Source: an uncultured delta proteobacterium
GTDB taxonomy: Bacteria; Desulfobacterota; Binatia; JACPRU01
Assembly: GCA_963745025.1 (NCBI GenBank)
Contig: CAVUWD010000013.1
Span: 32,001 to 96,000 of the forward strand
DNA length: 64,000 bases
Reading direction: 5' to 3'
Part shown: in pieces, positions 56,376 through 64,000 of the stretch
Position numbering within the stretch: position 1 is the stretch's first letter
How the letters are laid out: every line of letters begins with the position of its first letter
The notes under the pieces: model-generated
What the model saw: the letters and a program-made list of their open reading frames with translations, nothing else
Told to the model about the DNA's origin: nothing
The model's database searches: none
Made by a program: the position numbers and the translations under genes

Positions 56376-58320
56376 TCATCCCCATCTCGCTCTCCACGCC
56401 TGGAACATGAGGACGTCCCACAGGTGATAGTGCCAGTTGCGGTGCCCGGAGAGATGCTCGAGCCATTTCTCTCGAACGAGCTGCGGATCGAAGAACCCCT
56501 CTTGGCCGAGCCGCCTCTCGTCGAGGAGATCCTCGGCCCAATCTCTCAGCGGCCCCCGGAGCCACGTGTCGATCGGCACGCCAAAGCCCATCTTCGGCCG
56601 CTCGACCAGCTCGGTAGGCACGTAGCGCGAGAGCACTCTGCGGAGTAGCCACTTCCGCTGCCCCTCGTGCACCTTGAGGGAGAACGGCAGCCGCCAGGCG
56701 AGCTCGACCACCCGATGGTCGAGCAGAGGCACGCGGGCCTCGAGACCGACCGCCATGCTCGCGCGGTCGACCTTGGTCAGTATGTCGTCCGGTAGGTACG
56801 TCACGAGATCGAGAAACTGTGCTCTCGGGATGAATTCTAGGAAGTCCTGAGCCAGGCTTTCGTCCCAAAGGATCCCTTTGGGCTCCGTTGCTCCGAGAAC
56901 GAGGCGTTCGGGTTCCTCCCAGTGTGAAAGCAGCCGCCTGTAGACAGCGTCGACGCTGTCTAGCCGCAACGTGCGAGCAAGCTTCTGAGACTTGTCCCCC
57001 GGGTGGGGAGGCCTCCAACGGCTGGGAAGGAATGCCGCGATTCGATCTACGGTTTCCGGGGAAAACCTCGTCAGCAAGCCCGCGAGCCGCTCTCGCCAGC
57101 GTTCCGGAATTCCGCCCACGGCTCGCCAGATCGACTCTGCCCAGAAGTAGCGATCGTATCCGGCGAACAGCTCGTCGCCCCCGTCACCCGACAGCGCGAC
57201 CGTCACGTGGCGGCGCGTCATCTGCGAGACCAGGAACGTCGGCAGCTGGGACGAATCGGCGAACGGCTCGTCGTACCACGTCCGGGATCTTCGGGATCAG
57301 GTCGAGCGCGTCGTCCGGCTCGACGTAGAGCTCGGTGTGGTCGGTGCCGAGGTGTTTGGCGACGGCTTTGGCGTGCGCCGCCTCGTCGTAGCCGGTCTCG
57401 CGGAAGCCGATCGTGAAGGTCCGAACCGGCCGGGCCGACTCGGCCTGCATCAGGGCCACGACGGTCGAGGAGTCGATCCCTCCCGAGAGGAATGCCCCGA
57501 GGGGAACGTCCGACTCTAGACGGAGCTTGACCGCGTCGCGGAGAAGAGCCTCTAGTGCACCCTCCGCCTCGGCCACCGGTACGTCGAGCGGATCGGCAAG
57601 TCCGCTCTTCGCGATCTCGCGGGCCGACCAGTAGGTCTCGGGCTCGAGCGGAAGATCGTTGGCGCCGCTCTTCAAGCGGAGAATAGCGCCCGGAGGGAGC
57701 TTGAAGCATCCATTGTAAATCGTTCTCGGCGCCGGGATGTAGTTGTGACGCATGCAGGCGGCAATCGCGTCGCGGTCGATTTCCGCCCTGAATGAAGGAT
57801 GAGAGCGAATCGCCTTCAGCTCGGAGGCGAAGAGGAAGACGCGTCCGCTCCAGCCGTAGTAGAGGGGCTTGATCCCCAGGCGATCGCGAACCAGCGAGAG
57901 AATTCGCTGCTCGCGGTCCCACAGAGCGAACGCGAACATGCCGATGAAGCGCCGAACGGCGGCCTCGAGCCCCCATTCGGAGATCGCCGCGAGCATGACT
58001 TCGGTGTCGGAATGGCCCCGAAAACGGTGCCCGCGCGGCTCGAGCTCCGCTCGAAGCGCCCGGAAATTGTAGACCTCGCCGTTGAACACGATCACGTAGC
58101 GGCCGCAAGCGGAGAGCATCGGCTGGCGCCCCTCGGTCGAGAGGTCGATGATGGACAGGCGGCGGAATCCGAGAGCCACTCCCGCCTCCGCGTCCACCCA
58201 TGCACCTTCGTCGTCAGGTCCACGGTGGCGAAGAGTCTCTGCCATGGCGCCGACGATGGCTCCGAGATCGGAAGCAATGATGGAGTGATCGAGGTCGAGA
58301 AATCCGCTGATGCCGCACAT
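56376..58320 (-). CDS. asnB: Asparagine synthase-like amidotransferase; +1 frameshift near 57280
   Basis: MCGISG, HRGPD and LSGGIDSS; after the shift, YDEPFADSSQLPT, SGDGGDE and KVDRASM. Confidence 0.92.
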
Positions 58321-58376
58321 CGGTCAGTAGCTCCGGTCCGACTGCTGGGCTGCATCCGCTCGCGGGCGGCAGAGGG

Positions 58377-59540
58377 TCATGAGCGCTCCGAAACCACCTG
58401 CCGCAGGACCGCGGTCGTCTCCTCGACTAGCCGTTCGACGCCGAGATTCTCCACCACGCGCCGGCGGAGCTCCTCCCGCCACGCGGGTGTTCGCGGGCGC
58501 TTCAGCAGAGCCTCGATACCGTCGGCCAGTGCCGCAGGCGCCGACGGAGGCACGACGATCCCCGTCTCTCCGACCACCCAAGCTGCGTCTCCGACGTCGG
58601 TCACGACACACGGAGTTCCGCACGCCATCGCTTCGGCAACGACGTTGGGGAGTCCTTCTCCCGTCGAGCAGAGCGCGAGGGCGTCTAGCGCGTTGTAGAC
58701 TGCAGGCATGTCCGACCGGGGGCCCGCCCAGAGCACGCGGGCTTCGATGCCGATGGACTTTGCGAGATCGCGAAGCTCACGGACGTATGGCTCCGGCCCA
58801 TCACCGACGCAGACGAATCGGATGTTCGGAGTCCGGTCCTTCAGCAGAGCCGCCGCGGCAAGAAAAGTCCGATGGTCTTTCATTGGATCGATTCTACCTA
58901 CCAACCCCACGAGCGGTTCATGCGGTGACACTTTCCACTCCGAGCGGACCCGATCTCGGCCCTCCGGATCGGGCCGAAACCGCTCCGTATCGACTCCGTT
59001 TACTACTACGGTCATTTTGTCGCGCGGAAAGCAGCTCGCAACAGCGTGAGTCAGCCCCGCTTTGGAGTTGACGATGATGCGGTCGCTGAAACGCGACAGC
59101 CAGGGCTCGACCGCCGAGGTAAGACGCATCCAGCGACCGTAGCGCTGAAGATCCATGTGTCCTGCCCGGAGCGTCCAGACCACGCGGATTCGCGGAACCA
59201 ACAGCCGCACCGCGGCACCGAGAAGATTCGCCGCGGTCAGCGCCGTGTAGATGACGTCGATTCGCTCGCGGCGAACGACCCGCGCCAATCGGGCGGTGAT
59301 CCCAGCGAGCTCGTAGCGCCCCCGCTTCTCGAGGGAAATGATCGGCACGCCCGCTTGGCGCAACTCCGCTTCGAATGGTCCACCCGGATAAAGCACGGCG
59401 ACGACGACGGAGTGCCCTGCGTGCCGCAGCCCGCGAGCCAGTAGGCCGAGCTGTCCCTCCGCGCCGCCGACTGCGAGCGAACGTATGAGAAGAAGGATTC
59501 GCATTCGACGGGGCTCGGAGGGCGAAGTCGGCTCTCGCAT
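58377..59540 (-). CDS. GT4 glycosyltransferase
   Basis: GGAEGQL, VVNGVD and EGLPNVVAEAMACG. Confidence 0.92.
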   Translation of the reverse strand: MREPTSPSEPRRMRILLLIRSLAVGGAEGQLGLLARGLRHAGHSVVVAVLYPGGPFEAELRQAGVPIISLEKRGRYELAGITARLARVVRRERIDVIYTALTAANLLGAAVRLLVPRIRVVWTLRAGHMDLQRYGRWMRLTSAVEPWLSRFSDRIIVNSKAGLTHAVASCFPRDKMTVVVNGVDTERFRPDPEGRDRVRSEWKVSPHEPLVGLVGRIDPMKDHRTFLAAAALLKDRTPNIRFVCVGDGPEPYVRELRDLAKSIGIEARVLWAGPRSDMPAVYNALDALALCSTGEGLPNVVAEAMACGTPCVVTDVGDAAWVVGETGIVVPPSAPAALADGIEALLKRPRTPAWREELRRRVVENLGVERLVEETTAVLRQVVSERS

Positions 59541-60397
59541 CAGCCCTTTCGGAACACGAACTGATTGCAGCCTTCGCCTCCGCCGTTCGTCGTCAATCGC
59601 TGCAACGAAAAGCCCCTCCGGCGGAAGAAATCGAATATCTCTTCCGGCTTGGCGACCTCGAAAGGATATCCTCCCAGCCAGTCGAACCAGTCGTAGACTC
59701 GTGACATGCCCCGCGCCTCGCGGCTGTAGCTTCGGTAGGCCGTCAACGGGTTTTTGCCGGCGCGAAGGTCGGAGCGAAGGCCTAGCAAGGCCAAATACGG
59801 TAGAAGCAGCGCGCAAACCACCAGCCGGCCGGCGACACCGGAGCAATAGAGTCTCTTGATTCTTCTCCAGCGAACCGAACGGGTTCCCTGGTCGTTGTAG
59901 ATCGCTACGAATAGCGACCCCTTCGATCCTACGAGCTCCGCGACGTTTCCCAGCGCCTCCCTCATTGCTCCCGTGTGGTGCAGGACTCCCCAAGCGTAGA
60001 CCACATCGAAGGTACCCAGCGAATTCAAGTACGTCCGATCGAGGACGGAACCCTTCTCGATGCGCCAACGATCGTTATTCGGGAAGAAGCGCCGACGGAG
60101 CTCCGCCGTGCACGCGACCGACTGTGGGTCGTAGTCGAAGGACGAGACGTCCGCGCCCATCCGTCGCGCCGCGAGCGAAAATAGGCCGCTGCCTGAACCC
60201 ACGTCGAGAAACCGCTTGCCGCCGAGGTCATGGATTTCGAGCATGTCGCGAAGCGATTGCTCGGCATGCTGGATCCGCTCGTCGTCGAGCACGCCTAGGA
60301 ACCGCTCCCAGTTCCTTCCGAAGGCGAAGCGCTCGCCTGCGGCGATCTCGCCTGCCACCGGGGAGTTGTCCGGATCGCTGCTTCGCTGTTCAGGCAT
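59540..60397 (-). CDS. Class I SAM-dependent methyltransferase
   Basis: FLDVGSGSGLFS, WGVLHHTG and DWLGGYPFEVA. Start is 60397 or 60418. Confidence 0.9.
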   Translation of the reverse strand: MPEQRSSDPDNSPVAGEIAAGERFAFGRNWERFLGVLDDERIQHAEQSLRDMLEIHDLGGKRFLDVGSGSGLFSLAARRMGADVSSFDYDPQSVACTAELRRRFFPNNDRWRIEKGSVLDRTYLNSLGTFDVVYAWGVLHHTGAMREALGNVAELVGSKGSLFVAIYNDQGTRSVRWRRIKRLYCSGVAGRLVVCALLLPYLALLGLRSDLRAGKNPLTAYRSYSREARGMSRVYDWFDWLGGYPFEVAKPEEIFDFFRRRGFSLQRLTTNGGGEGCNQFVFRKG

Positions 60398-60420
60398 CGC
60401 GTTCGGGCCGCGCTGCATTT

Positions 60421-61605
60421 TCAGACTGCCGTCGCCGCCATCAGTACGCTGTCCCACATCCGCACGACTCGTTCGACGGAGAAACGATCGACGACAGCCG
60501 GCGCACACGCGCCGAGACGCTTGCGCTCCGCGTCGTCAGACATCAGCCGGTCCAGCGCCTCAGCTAGCGCCTCGATGTTCTCCGGCGGCACGAGCAGACC
60601 GTCCACCCCGTGCCGAATCACTTCTCGCGGACCACTCGGGCAATCGAAGGCGACGGCGGGTAGGCCGCAGGCCATCGCCTCCAACAGAGCATTCGGCAGT
60701 CCTTCGAACCGAGACGAGAGCACGAAAAACTCCGAACGATGGAAAATTATGTGAGGGTTCTTCACTAGACCGAGGAAATGCACGCGCTCGGCGATGTCCA
60801 GCTCGGAGGCGAGCGTGCGGAGGGCTTCCTCTTCGGGCCCCTCGCCCATTATTTGTAGCACCCATTCGGGGTGGCCCTCCGCACAGCTAGCGAACGCTCG
60901 AAGCAACAAGTCGAAGCCCTTCTGTGGGACCAGCCGGCCCATCGAAACTATGGCCCGCTGCATGGCTCCGGGCGGAGCGGCATCCATGACGTCTGCTGCT
61001 TGGCAAGGCAGGACGGGGTTGGGGATTACGTACAAACTCGATCCCCGGACGTGTTCGCGCATCCATTCGCGAATCTGCTCCGTCTGTACGACGACCGCGC
61101 GAGCACGAGGATAGAGCACCTTTCGCAAGACGGATCGGACCGGCCCGATGGGATGATGACCGGGGTGAACCTGCTCGCAGACTACGACGGACTGGCGAGA
61201 CAAAGCCGTCGAGAGGAGCGTGAGGAGATTCGAATTGTCCACGAAGCTGATGACCACGTCTGCTCTAGACGCTCGTATGTGGCGCCGCAGCGCCGATACC
61301 CGAGACCAGTTGTTGCGGAGCGCTGCCCACAAGCCCGAGGAGCGTCCGCTGAGCGCCAGACCGATGCGATGCACCGACGTTGGCAAATCATAGAAGTCGG
61401 AGCCTCCCGGTTCCAGAGTGATGAGCGTCACCTCCCTCCCTCGAGCCGCCCACTCCGCGGCTAGGATCGAAACCAGGCGCTCTGCTCCCCCCGCACCCAT
61501 CGAATGGCTGACGATAGTCAGTCTCGCAGGTGGTCGTCGCAACGAGTCCTCGGGAAGGTTCGAGTCAGAAACGGCCGGCTGCACTTCAGAGCGTCCTGTA
61601 GACAT
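60421..61605 (-). CDS. GT4 glycosyltransferase
   Basis: GGAERL, GRL.PQKGFD and EGLPNALLEAMACG. Confidence 0.92.
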   Translation of the reverse strand: MSTGRSEVQPAVSDSNLPEDSLRRPPARLTIVSHSMGAGGAERLVSILAAEWAARGREVTLITLEPGGSDFYDLPTSVHRIGLALSGRSSGLWAALRNNWSRVSALRRHIRASRADVVISFVDNSNLLTLLSTALSRQSVVVCEQVHPGHHPIGPVRSVLRKVLYPRARAVVVQTEQIREWMREHVRGSSLYVIPNPVLPCQAADVMDAAPPGAMQRAIVSMGRLVPQKGFDLLLRAFASCAEGHPEWVLQIMGEGPEEEALRTLASELDIAERVHFLGLVKNPHIIFHRSEFFVLSSRFEGLPNALLEAMACGLPAVAFDCPSGPREVIRHGVDGLLVPPENIEALAEALDRLMSDDAERKRLGACAPAVVDRFSVERVVRMWDSVLMAATAV

Positions 61606-62743
61606 CGACCGCCTGCGCCGCGACCTTGCGCATGTCGTAGCGGCCCTCCGCGTGCGCTCGCGCTCGCTGCCCCCACGAACGAGCGAGCCCGGGCTCGCCG
61701 GCAAGCGCTTCGAGTGCTTCCCTCAAGGCGCGATGATCGCTGACGGGCACCAAGATTCCGGCCCGGCCGTCGTCCAGGGCTTCTCGGTTTGGAGGAATAT
61801 CGTAAGCGACGCATGCCAGTCCGGAGCCGAGGCCTTCCAACAGAGCGTTGGACAGACCCTCGGTGAAGGAAGGCTGGACCAGGCAGTGTGCCCAGCGACG
61901 CCACACCTTCCCATCACCCAGCCCGGGAACCTGGATTCGGGTGTCGTCTCCGTGAGATGCGACGAGGCCGCGAATCTCCGCCAGCCTGTCTCCGTCGCCC
62001 ACGACAGCGAGCTCGACTCCAGCGCGGCTCCGGGCCATCTCCGAAAATACCTCGATCAATCCCGGGATATCCCGGGGCGCCGTATGGCCCAGGCGCCCGA
62101 GGTAGAGAAAGCGCGACGCCAAAGACGGCAGCTCATTTGGGCCGTCGTCGAGGAAGACGCCGTTCGACAACATCGAGATCTGCTGGCAAGGGATCCCTGC
62201 TCGGCGCAGTTCCATCTCGGCGGCTTGGGAGGTGGCCTGCCACTTACCGACGTACCGCTTCAGCCACCGCCGGGCGATCTTTCCCCAAATGAAGTAGCCG
62301 TTCAGAACGCGAAGGTCGAAAAGCTCTCCGGTGCACACGGTCTTCGCGAGTGTGCCGAGGCCCGAACGACGAGCCGAGCGGACGGCGAAGGCGCTCATTG
62401 GACCCGAGACGTTGTGGGCATGGAGCACGTCGAACCGGTTCGCCATCGCCTCGATCGCTCGGGAGATGCCCAACCCTAACAGAGCCGTGTTGACGATCCC
62501 GAGCCCACGGATCTTCGGGAACCTCCGGCAGAGATCGTCGAAGGGAATGCGGTGAATCGTCACACCGGTTGGCGACTGCTCAAGCTCCGGCCAGTCGCGT
62601 TCATATCGGACCGTCAAGACCTCCACCGGGACCCCCGCCTCGTGGAGAGCCGAAGCAAGCGACGCCGCCTGCAACTCCGCTCCACCCACGAGCGGCGGAA
62701 AGCGGGAGCAGAACATCAGCACCCGAGGCAGGCCTGGGCTCAT
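61586..62743 (-). CDS. GT4 glycosyltransferase
   Basis: GGAELQA and EGLSNALLE. Confidence 0.9.
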   Translation of the reverse strand: MSPGLPRVLMFCSRFPPLVGGAELQAASLASALHEAGVPVEVLTVRYERDWPELEQSPTGVTIHRIPFDDLCRRFPKIRGLGIVNTALLGLGISRAIEAMANRFDVLHAHNVSGPMSAFAVRSARRSGLGTLAKTVCTGELFDLRVLNGYFIWGKIARRWLKRYVGKWQATSQAAEMELRRAGIPCQQISMLSNGVFLDDGPNELPSLASRFLYLGRLGHTAPRDIPGLIEVFSEMARSRAGVELAVVGDGDRLAEIRGLVASHGDDTRIQVPGLGDGKVWRRWAHCLVQPSFTEGLSNALLEGLGSGLACVAYDIPPNREALDDGRAGILVPVSDHRALREALEALAGEPGLARSWGQRARAHAEGRYDMRKVAAQAVDVYRTL

Positions 62744-62826
62744 GTTCTGGCTGCTTGCGAAATGTTGTAGGGTGCCATCTGCGAGTAGGATAACCGACCC
62801 GGCGAGGGTGAGGGAAACTCGAGGGC

Positions 62827-64000
62827 GTGGATGAGTTAGGGTTGCAGGCGGGCGGGAAGAGGTCCGGAGCGTTTTCCGCTCTGGGAAATGCCTCGGTGCG
62901 GCTACTCGCGATCGCCGCTCGGTTCCTGACGGCGCCCTTCACCAACCGAGCCCTCGGGCCTATCGGGCGAGGCCTGCTCTCCATCGTTGACAATGCGAGT
63001 GGGACGTTCTCGGTTCTGGTAGCACCAAACGTTTCCGCGTCCTTCTATCGGACGCTCGTTACCGGCCGCTTCACGCGCGCTGAATATGCCGGCACGGCCT
63101 TGCTCCTCGGGGTCCTTTCCGGTCTTGCGGTGCCGCTCGCCTTTGCAGCGTCCTATCCTTGGCTCGCGGACTCGGCGTACCGGAACGTCTCACCGGCCTA
63201 CTTCGCCTTGGGTTTTTCCGCGTGCCCGCTGCTCCTGTCCAAGAATTATCTTCACGCGCTGTTGCAGGGTCTGGGTCGTCTTCGTGAGGCCAATCGCGTG
63301 CTTCGAAACGAGGCACTTGCAAGCCTGGGAATCACCGGAGCCCTTCTTGCCTTCGGGGTCTTTCGGGTCGGAACCGCGCTCCTCGCGTCGGTCGCCTTGG
63401 CGGCATTCACGCTTGCCAACGTCGCGACCTTGCTGCTTCGCGAAGTGAGGTTTCCCTGGCGGTTCTCGCGCGAACTTTTCCGTATTTCCCTCCGGGACGC
63501 GGCAAGAATTCACCTTTCCAGCGTCGCGACCTTCCTGCTGCTTCGCGTCGACGTCCTGATGTTGAACGCCTATGAGCCGGCCTCTGCGGTTGGCAGCTAT
63601 GTCGTCGCCGTTACCGCCGCCGAGACCCTTCTGCTCATTCCCTATGGGACGCAGTCAGTCCTGTTCTCGCGGTCGAGTGACCGGGACGTCGAGGCCAGCG
63701 TTGTGGCTTCGGTGACCCGCGCGACTCGCCACACGTTCTACTGGATGGTCTTGGGGGCCTCGGTTCTGGCCTGGTGGTCTCCGGTCGCGATTGCGATTCT
63801 GGGCGGAGAGCAATTCCGCTCCGCCGTTGCGCCGCTTCGCCTGCTCCTGCCGGGCCTCGTGTTGTACGGCATCAGCATGTCCTTGGCGCCGCTGTGGATC
63901 CGGGGCGGCATGTACGGCACGCAGAGCGTGCTGGCGTTGACGTGCCTCTTGCTGAACGTGGGGCTGAATGTGGCGTTGATCCCGGCGATCAGCATTGCGG
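62827..64000 (+). CDS. Wzx-like oligosaccharide flippase, runs off the window end
   Basis: Hand translation from GTG 62827 gives RALGPIGRG, LRVDVLML and AVGSYVVA with many TM helices. Not in the supplied ORF track. Confidence 0.8.
   Translation, partial: MDELGLQAGGKRSGAFSALGNASVRLLAIAARFLTAPFTNRALGPIGRGLLSIVDNASGTFSVLVAPNVSASFYRTLVTGRFTRAEYAGTALLLGVLSGLAVPLAFAASYPWLADSAYRNVSPAYFALGFSACPLLLSKNYLHALLQGLGRLREANRVLRNEALASLGITGALLAFGVFRVGTALLASVALAAFTLANVATLLLREVRFPWRFSRELFRISLRDAARIHLSSVATFLLLRVDVLMLNAYEPASAVGSYVVAVTAAETLLLIPYGTQSVLFSRSSDRDVEASVVASVTRATRHTFYWMVLGASVLAWWSPVAIAILGGEQFRSAVAPLRLLLPGLVLYGISMSLAPLWIRGGMYGTQSVLALTCLLLNVGLNVALIPAISIA

Noticed and set aside
1263-60068. Many long antisense or alternate-frame ORFs (e.g. 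1263-2303, 21099-22478, 36178-37911, 43086-44489, 52923-54458)
   Set aside because: They are Arg/Ala/Pro-rich shadows of motif-bearing genes, as expected in GC-rich DNA.

Overview
A GC-rich bacterial window with no rRNA, tRNA, CRISPR array or integrase. Gene content (tmk-holB-ricT-metG-tatD, a PhaR-like regulator, PagL, many ArnT-like proteins, minor pilins with a sigma54 regulator) suggests a diderm of a deltaproteobacterial-type lineage such as Binatota or Myxococcota; this is inference. (1) 0-19 kb: a minus-strand RND efflux operon that continues into ppk2, a TerB-like gene, beta-carbonic anhydrase and a membrane protein. It faces a heavily frameshifted pqiABC operon, exported proteins, a DUF4239 gene with a deleted paralog, an outer-membrane-type protein and an SRPBCC fusion. 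(2) 19-33 kb: envelope modification genes (sulfotransferase-GT2 fusion, PA14 protein, LtaS-like protein, PagL, three ArnT-like transferases). (3) 33-45.6 kb: housekeeping genes, minor pilins, a PilR-like regulator and pilD. (4) 45.7-46.6 kb: a MazF-type toxin-antitoxin cassette between 55-bp direct repeats, with a remnant of a diverged pilD. (5) 46.6-64 kb: GT-C enzymes, a DPM1-like GT2 coupled to a TMTC-like TPR protein, a membrane sulfatase-fold protein, a GT4/asnB/methyltransferase operon and a Wzx flippase. The best candidate for an undescribed system is the set of up to six lipid-donor GT-C transferases with one polyprenyl-P-sugar synthase flanking the pilin locus. All family calls come from motif recognition, not database searches.
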